DNA of 64,000 bases from assembly GCA_964543955.1 (NCBI GenBank), contig CAZJBN010000006.1, positions 3,949 through 67,948 on the forward strand, given 5' to 3'. Of this stretch, positions 43,387-52,518 are shown in pieces (position 1 is the first letter of the stretch; the number at the start of each line of letters is the position of its first letter). Origin of the DNA: an uncultured Bifidobacteriaceae bacterium (lineage in GTDB: Bacteria; Acidobacteriota; Vicinamibacteria; Vicinamibacterales; UBA2999). The notes under the pieces are model-generated. The model made no database searches. It was not told the DNA's origin and was given only the letters and a program-made list of their open reading frames with translations. A program made the translations under genes and the position numbers.

Positions 43387-43489
43387 AGGATTCTGCCCAA
43401 AGCGTTGGATTCTACCGTTGTGCGCCCCGCTCGCCAACGGTTTTTGGCCTGTTTACCCTATCTCTTTGACTGACGAGGAGTTACCGCAA

Positions 43490-46312
43490 ATGGAGCGTAT
43501 CTTACCTCGGAGGCTCCGCCGTCGGCTGCCCCTGACGATCCTGGTCCTGGTCCTGTTGGGAGCTGCACCGGGCGCCGAGCAAGCTCAGCCGGCCGCCGGG
43601 GCCGGCCGGACGGCAGCCACCCAGCCGACCGACCCGGACTTTGCGGCGTTCGTGAAGAAGGCGACGACCAAGCCCGAATTCCTGTCCCCGCTGGTCGAAC
43701 AACTGCCCGTCAAAACGGGCGTCCCGACGCCGAAGGACATCCTCGGCTATCACATCGGGACGGAGAAGAAGCTCACCTACACGGCAGACCAGTTCCGGTT
43801 CTTCCGTACGCTCGAGAAGGCGCTCCCGGGGCGCGTCAAGACCTTCAACATCGGCACGACCGAAGAAGGCCGCGAAATCGTCGTGGCGTTCATCAGCTCC
43901 GAGGCCAACATCAAGAACCTCGAAGTCAACCGGCAGAACCTCAAGCGCCTGGCCGACCCGCGTGGCTTGTCCGACACCGAAGCCCAGCGGATCATCAACG
44001 CCACCAGGCCGCACTACCACATCACGGCGGGGCTCCACAGCGCAGAGACGAATCCTCCCGAGAGCGTCATGGAGCTCGGCTATCGACTCGCGGTCAGCGA
44101 GGAACCTTACATCCAGCAGATCCGCGACAACGTCATCGTCAGCATCACGCCGAGCACGGATGTCGACGGCCGCGACCGGTACGTGGACTGGTACTACGCG
44201 TACAAGATCGACGAGGCCTACGATGGAGGGGAGAACTACGGCGGCCCGCCCTACTGGGGCAAGTACGTCTTCCACGACAACAACCGCGACATCAACTACG
44301 GCGTGGACTCACTGCGCGCTCACCTGAACTGGTATCTCGACTGGGTGCCGCCCATCTGGCATGACGTCCACGAGGCGCAGACGCTGCTCTACACCTTCAG
44401 CGGCCAGCCCCCGCAGAATGCCAACCTCGATCCCATGCTCTACACCGAGTTGCCCTTCTTCGCAACCTACGAGGTCAACAAGCTGACCAACTACGGCATG
44501 CCGGGCGTGTGGCATTTCGGGTTCGTGGACATGTGGTCGCCCGGCTATCTCGGCTTCTCGGCGGCCAACCACAACGGGATGCTCCGGATGTACGAAGTCT
44601 TCAACCAGGGCGGTGCCAACACGAAGAAGGCCCGGCTGCAGGGCAATCAGACGACGCGCCAGTGGTACCGGCCCAACCCGGCGCCGGTCGGCGAAGTCGA
44701 CTGGTCGATTCGCAATTCCATCAACTACGCCGAGACGGGCCTCCTCACGGCCCTCGAACTGACGTCGAAGTTCCCGGCCATGGTCGTGGACAACTTCTAT
44801 CGGAAGTCGCTGAACGGGGTGAACGCCGGCGCCGACAAGGCGCCGCACGCTTTCGTCATTCCCGCCGGGCAGCGCGACCAGACACAGGTGGATCGCGTCG
44901 TCAACCTGCTGAGGCGACAGGGCATCGAGGTGCACCAGGCGACCGGGGAGGTCACAGTCGGCGACGACACCATCGCGGCGGGTTCGTATGTCATCAAGCT
45001 CAACCAGCCGTACGGCAGGCTGGCCAAGACGCTGCTCGAAAAGCAGACGTACCCGGATCCCTCGCTGACGACGTACGACGACAGCGCCTGGACAATGCCC
45101 CTCGCCAACAACATCGACGTGAAGACGATCGGCGACAGGGCAATCCTGGAGGCATCCGGAACGCTCCTGACAGCGGACGTCGTGACGGCGGGAGCCGTTT
45201 CGGGCACGGGCCCGGTTCTCGCCGTCAAGCACAACGGCTCGCTCAACCTCATCACGCTGCGCTACCGCCTGAAGGACGTGGCGATCAAGGGTGCGAAGGC
45301 CTCGTTCACCGCCAACGGCACGGACTTCCCCGCTGGCTCGTTCGTCCTTCCAGACTCGGAACGCGCCCGCAAGGAAATCCAGGCCCTTGGCCTGCAGGCC
45401 GCCGCCCTGCCGTCAGCGCCCGATCTCGAATCGACCGACGTGGACCTGCCGCGCATCGCGATGTACACGACCTGGGCGAACACGGAGAAGGTGGGCTGGG
45501 TGCGCCTGGCGTTCGATCGCTTCGAGGTCCCGTTCGATCTGATCCACAAGGACCACGTGCAGGCCGGCGCCAACCTGCGCGGCAAGTACGACGTGATCCT
45601 CGTCCCGCACCAGACACAGAATGGGAAGTCGGTCGTGTTCGAACAGCCGAAGCTGTCGAAGCCGCTGGCATACAAGAAGAACGACACGTTCAAGACGATG
45701 GGCATGTATGCCGAGACCGACGACGTGCGCGGCGGAATGGGTCTCGAAGGCGTCAACGAGTTCCAGAAGTTCCTGGATGCGGGCGGGCTCCTGATGACGT
45801 TCGGCGTGGCGAGCTACTTCCCCGCCGAGTTCGGCCTGGCTCGGGGCGTAGACGCGCAGCGGCCGGCAAGCGGCTGGTACGCACCAGGGCCGTACGTGCA
45901 GGCGGAGATCCTGCAGCCGACGCATCCGCTCTTCTACGGCTACGGCGGGCAGAAGACGCTACCGGTTCGCTGGGCTGGTGGACCGCTGCTCCAGGCCGGG
46001 CCACCGGCGCAGTTTGCCGCCATGGCGGGCTCGACACCGAACCCGCCACGGGTGCTCGCGCGCTACCAGGGCGGTGACGCCGGTGTCCTGAGCGGTCTGC
46101 TCCGCGGTGCTGACCAGCTCCGCAACCGGCCCATGATCGTGGACGCGCCTTCGGGCAAGGGCCGGGTCATCTTCTTCGCCAACAACCCTATCTACCGGTG
46201 GCAGACCTTTGGCGAGCACCAGCTGGTCTTCAATACGCTGCTCTTCTGGAACGACCTGCCGGACGTGTTGCCCAAGCCCGCAACGGCGACGCCGACAGCG
46301 TCGCCGCAATAA
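43490..46312 (+). CDS. secreted M14-family zinc carboxypeptidase-like protein (large, about 940 aa)
   Basis: ATG 43490 lies within ORF 43418..46312(+), with GAGGAG 10 nt upstream. It has a signal-like N-terminus (RRRLPLTILVLVLLGAAPGAEQ) and HITAGLHSAETNPPE (HxxE zinc motif). Confidence 0.7.
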   Translation: MERILPRRLRRRLPLTILVLVLLGAAPGAEQAQPAAGAGRTAATQPTDPDFAAFVKKATTKPEFLSPLVEQLPVKTGVPTPKDILGYHIGTEKKLTYTADQFRFFRTLEKALPGRVKTFNIGTTEEGREIVVAFISSEANIKNLEVNRQNLKRLADPRGLSDTEAQRIINATRPHYHITAGLHSAETNPPESVMELGYRLAVSEEPYIQQIRDNVIVSITPSTDVDGRDRYVDWYYAYKIDEAYDGGENYGGPPYWGKYVFHDNNRDINYGVDSLRAHLNWYLDWVPPIWHDVHEAQTLLYTFSGQPPQNANLDPMLYTELPFFATYEVNKLTNYGMPGVWHFGFVDMWSPGYLGFSAANHNGMLRMYEVFNQGGANTKKARLQGNQTTRQWYRPNPAPVGEVDWSIRNSINYAETGLLTALELTSKFPAMVVDNFYRKSLNGVNAGADKAPHAFVIPAGQRDQTQVDRVVNLLRRQGIEVHQATGEVTVGDDTIAAGSYVIKLNQPYGRLAKTLLEKQTYPDPSLTTYDDSAWTMPLANNIDVKTIGDRAILEASGTLLTADVVTAGAVSGTGPVLAVKHNGSLNLITLRYRLKDVAIKGAKASFTANGTDFPAGSFVLPDSERARKEIQALGLQAAALPSAPDLESTDVDLPRIAMYTTWANTEKVGWVRLAFDRFEVPFDLIHKDHVQAGANLRGKYDVILVPHQTQNGKSVVFEQPKLSKPLAYKKNDTFKTMGMYAETDDVRGGMGLEGVNEFQKFLDAGGLLMTFGVASYFPAEFGLARGVDAQRPASGWYAPGPYVQAEILQPTHPLFYGYGGQKTLPVRWAGGPLLQAGPPAQFAAMAGSTPNPPRVLARYQGGDAGVLSGLLRGADQLRNRPMIVDAPSGKGRVIFFANNPIYRWQTFGEHQLVFNTLLFWNDLPDVLPKPATATPTASPQ

Positions 46313-46342
46313 GGTCGAGGCGGCGGGAGCCCTTCCACACGA

Positions 46343-46930
46343 TCAATCTGGAAGCGGTCCCGCCGTTGACGTCCCGCCGGGCCCTGGTTCCCGAGCCTCG
46401 AGGAACTCCCGGATGAGCAGCGCGTTGCGCTCATTGGCCTTGAACCAGATGTCGGCGAACACCCCGACGAACGGAATGGCCCCCAGAATCATGTCCGTGA
46501 ACACGTTCGCGAGCATCCTCGACACAACGGGTGCCGGCGGACCGTATCGCAGGCTTCGCGCGACGAGAACGAGCGACAGACCACCGGCAACGAGATCGCC
46601 TGCCACCGGGAAGAGGCTGATCGCGACGTCGAGTCCCACCGGGCCGAGGATCGGCAGCCTGACCGCACTGTCCATGAGCCGGGCATAGCGATCGATGCGC
46701 TGGCCGAACCGGCTTTCGGCCTCCGTGACATCCACGCCGGTGGCTCGTGCGTAGACGGCCAGACGTGTGAGCCCGCGTGCCGCCACGCCGCCGACCTGGC
46801 GGTCGATGAGGCGGGCGATACGCTCCGCCGTCGCGACGAACAACCACCGCGTGACAAAGAACCCGGCAAAGGCCAGGCCGGTCACCAGCACGAAGGCAAC
46901 CGTCAGCCACGCGAGCAGGCCATCGGGCAT
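46343..46930 (-). CDS. DUF4112-family membrane protein
   Basis: ORF 46343..46930(-) has LPILGPVGLDVAISLFPVAGDLVAG...GAIPFVGVFADIWFKANERNALL. Confidence 0.7.
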   Translation of the reverse strand: MPDGLLAWLTVAFVLVTGLAFAGFFVTRWLFVATAERIARLIDRQVGGVAARGLTRLAVYARATGVDVTEAESRFGQRIDRYARLMDSAVRLPILGPVGLDVAISLFPVAGDLVAGGLSLVLVARSLRYGPPAPVVSRMLANVFTDMILGAIPFVGVFADIWFKANERNALLIREFLEAREPGPGGTSTAGPLPD

Positions 46931-46948
46931 CCGGTTCGATTATGGCCG

Positions 46949-47401
46949 TCACCTTCGTCGTGCGGTCAAGAAGACTGCTTCCCTGTCCGCGATCGTCAGC
47001 CGGGGCACGCTTCCGCCGTCCCTGACAAAGGCAATCCTGACCGTGCCGGGGCCTTGCGGGAAGAAGACGAGCTGGCCCGCGTGGTGGAGCGACTGCCGGG
47101 AGCTCCCGGGCCTCTGGATGCCAAGCCGGTCGCTCAGCACGTCGACAACGAAGTGATCACGTGGTCCCGGGCCAAACGTGTACTCCCCGCGGACAGCGTC
47201 CCCCAGCGTACGGACGCGGTCGAAGTCGCGGTGGGAGACGCCGACCGTTTCCTGGACGAGTGCCGGATCCTGCCGCGGCAGCCAGTCCGGCGCGCCACTG
47301 CCGTTGCCAACCTGCTGTCGGTCCGTGGACTCAATTGCCGCGATACCGCCCGCGACTGCCGTCATCCCCGACAGGAACTTCCGCCGGTTCACTGTGCGCA
47401 T
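46949..47401 (-). CDS. hypothetical protein with twin-arginine signal
   Basis: ORF 46949..47401(-) starts MRTVNRRKFLSGMTAVAGGIAAI, which fits the Tat motif RRxFL. I do not recognise the rest. Confidence 0.5.
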   Translation of the reverse strand: MRTVNRRKFLSGMTAVAGGIAAIESTDRQQVGNGSGAPDWLPRQDPALVQETVGVSHRDFDRVRTLGDAVRGEYTFGPGPRDHFVVDVLSDRLGIQRPGSSRQSLHHAGQLVFFPQGPGTVRIAFVRDGGSVPRLTIADREAVFLTARRR

Positions 47402-47512
47402 CGCCGCCTCCTTCTGCTGAGGCCACAGGCAGTCTCGGGGCGGACCGCGGTCGAGTCCAACGAGGATTGGCCGGCCCGCGTACCAGGACCGAAGTCGAGG
47501 GCCGTCCTGGGC

Positions 47513-48436
47513 TTACGGCATGAAGCGAGGCGTGTTCGTGCCTCGTTCGACGACGTGCTGGCGAACGGCGTCGGCCAGACGCCCGGCCACGAGACCTTCG
47601 ATCCCGTCGAGCTCGTCGGGCTGCCTGATCACGCGCGTCACCCACAAGTGCGTCCCATCGTCCAGGCGGACCAGGTGTGTGACCATACGGAGCGCCGGGC
47701 CGTCCGCCTGCAGTTGGCCGAACACGAGATAGTCTGCGGCAGTTGCCTGCCGAATTGCGGCGGGATCACGTGACGAACGCGGAACGCGAAGGACCGGCGC
47801 GTTGCCGATGATGCCGACGTCCGGGCCGAGTCCCGTGAGTCGATGCACGATGACATCCGCGGCGCCGGCAGCCAGGCGATCGTACTGGGCCAGACCTGTC
47901 TCGTTGTCGAAGAGGGCAACCGCGACGATTGGCGGCCTCGAGAACAGCGACTCGCGCACGCGCCATGCCGCGACCGCGAGCAGGACAACGCCCATCGCGA
48001 CGAAGGCCCACAGCCGACGTGATGGCGACGCCTCCGGTATCGACGGCGCGTCGGTCTGCCCGTTGTCCGCGGAGCTCTGTGCATCCGGGACCGGATCCCC
48101 TGCCGGCTCCTCGTGCGTGTCGTCCTGCCGAACCGGGGCAATGAACCGGTATCCGCGGCGAGGCAGGGTCTGAATGAAGCGCGGGTTGTCGGCGGTGTCG
48201 CCGAGTGCGGTGCGCACCTGGCCAATGGCGTAGGCAAGGCCGCGATCGAAGCCCACTGTGGTGTCGTTGCCCCAGAGGCACACGCGCATGTCATCTCGCG
48301 ACACGACCTTGCCGGCGCGTTCGAGCAGCAGCATCAGGGCCCTGGCCGGCTGCGGTTCGAGACGGACGCGAATGCCGTCGCGCCGCAGGTCGGCATCCTC
48401 CGTGCGGAACTCGAAGACGCCGAAGCGGTAGACCAT
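47513..48436 (-). CDS. membrane-anchored OmpR/PhoB-type winged-helix regulator (CadC/ToxR-like)
   Basis: ORF 47513..48436(-) has YRFGVFEFRTEDADLRRDGIRVRLEPQPARALMLLL...IQTLPRRGYRFIAPV. A TM helix (LWAFVAMGVVLLAVAAW) and an extracytoplasmic domain follow. Confidence 0.85.
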   Translation of the reverse strand: MVYRFGVFEFRTEDADLRRDGIRVRLEPQPARALMLLLERAGKVVSRDDMRVCLWGNDTTVGFDRGLAYAIGQVRTALGDTADNPRFIQTLPRRGYRFIAPVRQDDTHEEPAGDPVPDAQSSADNGQTDAPSIPEASPSRRLWAFVAMGVVLLAVAAWRVRESLFSRPPIVAVALFDNETGLAQYDRLAAGAADVIVHRLTGLGPDVGIIGNAPVLRVPRSSRDPAAIRQATAADYLVFGQLQADGPALRMVTHLVRLDDGTHLWVTRVIRQPDELDGIEGLVAGRLADAVRQHVVERGTNTPRFMP

Positions 48437-48460
48437 GCGCGTCGCCTCCGCGGCGCTGGA

Positions 48461-49765
48461 CTACTTCACGACCAGCAGCCGGTAGTTGGCCGGGTGCACG
48501 AACTGCACGCCGTCCTCCATCAGGACGGCATCGTCTTCGATCGGAATGCGCAGCTTTGCGCCCTGCCATTCGGGGATGGGTGTGTAGGCGAAGTACTCGA
48601 AGGCGAACAGGTGGCCCGTGCGGAGCACGAAGGTGCTCTGGAGTGGCTGCCACGTGGTCAGCGACGGGCCGATGTCGTGGCCGGTGTTGCCGACAGGATG
48701 GAAGCCGAACACGACGTCGGTCTTCTCGTCCTGGTTCGGCTGGTTGAACGGGATGACGCCGTAGCCTGCCGTGCGAAGCGCGGCTTCCATGCGTTTCATC
48801 GTCTCGTCGGCACGAACGCCGGGCTTCAGTACCCCCTTGAGCACGCTGCGGACCTCGAGCGCCTTGTCGAACGCCTGCTGGATGCTCGGCGGCGGCCTGG
48901 TCTCACCGTCCTTCAGGACGTAGGCCACGCGCTTGACGTCGGTGCCGAAGTTCATGAGCTGCACGCCCCAGTCGATCATCATCACGTCGCCCGGCTGGAT
49001 GATCCGATCGGACGAGGTGGCCACGATGCCCTTGGGACCGGTGACATACACCGACGGCATGTCGAACTCGGACCCGAGCCCTCGCTCGAGCAGCCGATCC
49101 TGCAGCCACCACGCCACGTCTTCGAGCGTGGTCTGGCCCACGGTGATGACCTCGTTCGAAAGTGCGCGCTCCGCCAGTTGAACGGCAAGGCCCGAGGCCT
49201 CGCCGAATGCCACGATCTCGGAGGCCACGCGCCGCGAGCGGAAGTCCGAGACGAGCTTCTCGGCGCTCACCAGGCGGCTCGCATAAGGTTCGCCCAGGAC
49301 CGACTTCAGGTGCGCCAGCATCGTTGCCGAGAGGCCGTCCGCCGGACCGAGCTCGTCGGACATGTTGACGCCGATGCGCTGGGGTTCGCGATCCTTGACG
49401 AGGCTCGGCAACTCGGATGAAGCACCGATCCGATCGTAGGCTCCCGACTCGTCGATCAGATAGCCGGAGGGACCGAGCGCAACACGTTCGATCCGCTCGC
49501 CGCCGCGGTCGATGAACACGTAGTAGCCGATGCCGGTCACGTATCCGCGGCCGAGGTCCCTCCAGAGCGGATCGTAGTGATTCTCCTTGACGGCAACGAT
49601 CCACATGTCGATGCCGTTGTCGCGCATGGCGCGGGGCAGGACCTGTTCGAACTTGTCGAGCCGGATCTGCCGCTCCATCTCCCAGCGGCGGCGGGCTTCC
49701 TGCGCATCGACGGTGGCGCCGCAGACCAGCAGGAACAGCACGACGCACGAGCACGCTCGGCTCAT
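48461..49765 (-). CDS. secreted M24-family metallopeptidase (Xaa-Pro peptidase-like)
   Basis: ATG 49765 (MSRACSCVVLFLLVCGATVDAQ) lies within ORF 48461..49801(-). The pita-bread region has PGDVMMIDWG, FHPVGNTGHDIG, FAFEYFA and IEDDAVL. Confidence 0.7.
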   Translation of the reverse strand: MSRACSCVVLFLLVCGATVDAQEARRRWEMERQIRLDKFEQVLPRAMRDNGIDMWIVAVKENHYDPLWRDLGRGYVTGIGYYVFIDRGGERIERVALGPSGYLIDESGAYDRIGASSELPSLVKDREPQRIGVNMSDELGPADGLSATMLAHLKSVLGEPYASRLVSAEKLVSDFRSRRVASEIVAFGEASGLAVQLAERALSNEVITVGQTTLEDVAWWLQDRLLERGLGSEFDMPSVYVTGPKGIVATSSDRIIQPGDVMMIDWGVQLMNFGTDVKRVAYVLKDGETRPPPSIQQAFDKALEVRSVLKGVLKPGVRADETMKRMEAALRTAGYGVIPFNQPNQDEKTDVVFGFHPVGNTGHDIGPSLTTWQPLQSTFVLRTGHLFAFEYFAYTPIPEWQGAKLRIPIEDDAVLMEDGVQFVHPANYRLLVVK

Positions 49766-49820
49766 GCGCGCATTGTACGCAGATCCGCAGGGGCGAACCA
49801 CGACCGCGCGTCGGCGTGCG

Positions 49821-50834
49821 TCACTTGAGCACGGGGGCGAGGATCCTGAGTCCGCGCGGAATGCCGCACCGCGCGATCAGGCGGTCCTTGAGCAGGACCA
49901 GCCCGTAGAGCACCGCCGACAGCAGCAGGGTGGCGAGGATCGCGAACTCGAGGGGTAGCGCGCGCTTGAGGGGAGTGGCGATCGTGCCGTACACCATCTC
50001 GACATGGATCCAGTAGACGAAGAGGGACGATCGGCCCATCGTCACGATCGGTTCCCACGCCAGGCCGACGAGCCAGGCTGCCGGAATCGTGGCCGAGACA
50101 ATGCCCAGACGGATGAAGAAGAACGTCGGCGAGCTCGTCCAGAACTGCGCGTTCTCGTAGATGGCGGGAAGAAACGATGCCAGGTACCCGCCGGCGATGC
50201 CCGCAATCGCGCCGGCGGCCAGTCCTGCGTGCAGACGCACCTCCGCTGCCGGCGAGCGGGCTGCGTCGACCAGCTCGCCGACGAGCGCGCCAGCCATCAG
50301 GAAGCCAGCCCAGGGAAAGAGGGTGAAGGTCGCGCGCCCCGGCACAGGCCTGAGATACGACTCGATCGGATCCGGCAGCCAGGCCAGCCACGCGGCGTCG
50401 CGAACGATTGGCGTGAGGAAGGTGAAGGCGGCGGTGGCGAGCGCATAACACCCGATGCGTGCCGCCCGAGTGCCGACCAGGCGCCACAACCACGCCGCCA
50501 GCACCATGGCCAGGCCCATGACGTTGAGAATGTCCACCTTGAGCAGATTGATGAGCGGCCCCCACCCGAGCAGCTGCGACTGCAGGCGAAAGAGGAACGC
50601 CAGGCCGAAGATCTGCCATCCACGACGGTGAACAGAGGCCGCCGCCTCCGCGGCGCCAACCTTTCGTGCTCTGCTCTCCGCGGCCATGGCCAGCGCGACG
50701 CCCGCAAGAAACAGGAACATGGGGGCGGCGAGACCGTTGACGAAGACCAGTGCGAAGTACCGCTCATCGTGGCGATCCGCTTCGCGCGTCCACGAATCGG
50801 TCACGTGTGCGGCCACCATCACGACGACCGCCAC
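49821..50834 (-). CDS. DUF1624 / heparan-alpha-glucosaminide N-acetyltransferase-like membrane acyltransferase
   Basis: ORF 49821..50834(-) is polytopic and has LFVYWIHVEMVYG. The N-terminus is probably longer: the in-frame upstream codons read LSERKAYLDALRGVAVVVM, and the only start-like codon there is CTG at 50871-50873. Confidence 0.65.
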   Translation of the reverse strand: MAVVVMVAAHVTDSWTREADRHDERYFALVFVNGLAAPMFLFLAGVALAMAAESRARKVGAAEAAASVHRRGWQIFGLAFLFRLQSQLLGWGPLINLLKVDILNVMGLAMVLAAWLWRLVGTRAARIGCYALATAAFTFLTPIVRDAAWLAWLPDPIESYLRPVPGRATFTLFPWAGFLMAGALVGELVDAARSPAAEVRLHAGLAAGAIAGIAGGYLASFLPAIYENAQFWTSSPTFFFIRLGIVSATIPAAWLVGLAWEPIVTMGRSSLFVYWIHVEMVYGTIATPLKRALPLEFAILATLLLSAVLYGLVLLKDRLIARCGIPRGLRILAPVLK

Positions 50835-50869
50835 GCCCCTCAGCGCATCGAGATAGGCCTTCCGCTCGC

Positions 50870-51274
50870 TCAGGTTCGAACCTCGAAGGTCGTCGTGAGA
50901 GGGATGTCCTGCCTCATCGAATGCCAGACCGAGCAGTACTTGTCCCGCGAGAGCTGCAGCGCGCGTTCAACGGCGGCGGGCGGCACGGCGCCCGTGACAA
51001 CGAAGTGCATGGTCACCGAGAGAAATCGGCGGGGAGGCTCGGGGGCCCGCTCGGCCACGAGCTCGGCCGAGAGCCCGGTCAACTCGTGGCGGCCTTTCCT
51101 GACGATGTCCACGACGTCGATGGCCATGCAGCCGGCCACGGCCATTGCCAGGGCCTGGACGGGCGAGGGGCCGGCGGTCCCGTCGCCGTCGAGCATCAAT
51201 GCGATGCCGCCGCTCCGCGCCTCGAAAGAGAGATCGTTGCGCCATCGAAGGGACGCGGTCGTCGAGAGTGACAT
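50870..51274 (-). CDS. OsmC/Ohr-family peroxiredoxin-like protein
   Basis: ORF 50870..51274(-) has GPSPVQALAMAVAGCMAIDVV and SRDKYCSVWHSM (two conserved Cys). Confidence 0.85.
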   Translation of the reverse strand: MSLSTTASLRWRNDLSFEARSGGIALMLDGDGTAGPSPVQALAMAVAGCMAIDVVDIVRKGRHELTGLSAELVAERAPEPPRRFLSVTMHFVVTGAVPPAAVERALQLSRDKYCSVWHSMRQDIPLTTTFEVRT

Positions 51275-51385
51275 GACCTCACGTTACAGAGGGACCAGGC
51301 GAGTTCAAAGGCCAAAGTGGATGACCCGAGGCGCCAGGGAACATCGTGCTTGCAGGGCTCGTCTGTTGATGCTAAAGAATTAGCA

Positions 51386-52144
51386 ATGACCCGCCTGACA
51401 CCATTTGTGCTCGTCGGCCTCCTCCTGGGAGGCGCCGCCACCCCGGCCCGCGACCGGGCGGGTGTGATCCTGCAGGACATCACGATCGTCGAGGTGACGA
51501 CCGGCCGGATGCTCGCGCATCGGGACGTGATCGTCCGCGACACGCGCATCGAGTCCATCCGGACCACGGGAGGCGCGCTGCCGGAGGCCAAGTACCTCGT
51601 GAATGGATCGGAGAAGTTCGCGATTCCCGGCCTGTTCGATGAGGGTGCACGCCTCGCCTCCGTGCCGCGGCACCTGGCCGGGCGCGCGGTCGCCGACGGC
51701 GTCACGTCGGCGTGGCCGGCGGACCTCGCGGCCGACGCGGCCGAGCAGTGGCGGCGCGACCTCGATCGGGGCCGGTTCTACGGCCCGCGGCTCGTGGGGA
51801 TCGGGCTCGGGGCCTCGCGGGTGACAGTCCCCACGCGCTCGGGGAGCGTCCACGACACTCTCGCAGGGCTCGTCCACCGCGAAGGGCTCGCGCCAGCGGC
51901 CGCGCTGCGGGCCGTCACGCTGGGCCTGGCCGAGCGCACTGGCAACGCCTCGGATCTCGGCTCGATCGACGAAGGGAAGATCGCAGACCTCGTCGTGCTG
52001 ACCGCCAATCCGCTCACGGACACCCGGAACTCGCGCGCCATCGATGCGGTTGTCTTTCGGGGCGAGATGCTGACGCGCGCCCATCTGAACCTGCTGGCTG
52101 CGGGCCGCCTGCGCCCCGGTGACGTCGCGGTGGCGAGGCCATGA
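51386..52144 (+). CDS. secreted amidohydrolase-fold-like protein lacking the HxH metal motif
   Basis: ATG 51386 (MTRLTPFVLVGLLLGGAATPA) lies within ORF 51317..52144(+). The beta-sandwich start ILQDITIVEVTTGRMLAHRDVIVRDTRIESI is present. AIPGLFDEGARL occupies the place of the canonical PGLID-H-x-H, and the C-terminus has GSIDEGKIADLVVL. Confidence 0.6.
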   Translation: MTRLTPFVLVGLLLGGAATPARDRAGVILQDITIVEVTTGRMLAHRDVIVRDTRIESIRTTGGALPEAKYLVNGSEKFAIPGLFDEGARLASVPRHLAGRAVADGVTSAWPADLAADAAEQWRRDLDRGRFYGPRLVGIGLGASRVTVPTRSGSVHDTLAGLVHREGLAPAAALRAVTLGLAERTGNASDLGSIDEGKIADLVVLTANPLTDTRNSRAIDAVVFRGEMLTRAHLNLLAAGRLRPGDVAVARP

Positions 52145-52518
52145 CAACGGCCGAGACCCTGTCGCGGCGTGAGCGCCAGATCATGGACGTGCTGTACGCG
52201 AAGGGCGCGGCAACCGCGGCCGAAGTCCAGGCGTCATTGCCCGATCCGCCCAGCTATTCCGCGGTGAGGGCCCTGCTTCGGATCCTCGAAGACAAGGGCC
52301 ACGCGCGGCACGAACAGCAGGGGCCGCGCTACGTCTACCTGCCGCAGGTGTCCCGCGAGTCCGCGCGTCACTCGGCCCTGAAGCGCGTGGTCACCACGTT
52401 CTTCGAGGGTTCCGCGGCCCAGGCGGCGGCCGCACTCATCGACTCGGAGGACGTTTCGCGGGACGATCTCGCCCGGCTGTCGGCACTCATCGCGAAGGCC
52501 AGGAAGGAGGAACGATGA
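52141..52518 (+). CDS. BlaI/MecI/CopY-family transcriptional repressor
   Basis: ORF 52141..52518(+) has LSRRERQIMDVLYAKGAATAAEVQ...YSAVRALLRILEDKG. ATGA overlap with the upstream gene. Confidence 0.9.
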   Translation: MTTAETLSRRERQIMDVLYAKGAATAAEVQASLPDPPSYSAVRALLRILEDKGHARHEQQGPRYVYLPQVSRESARHSALKRVVTTFFEGSAAQAAAALIDSEDVSRDDLARLSALIAKARKEER

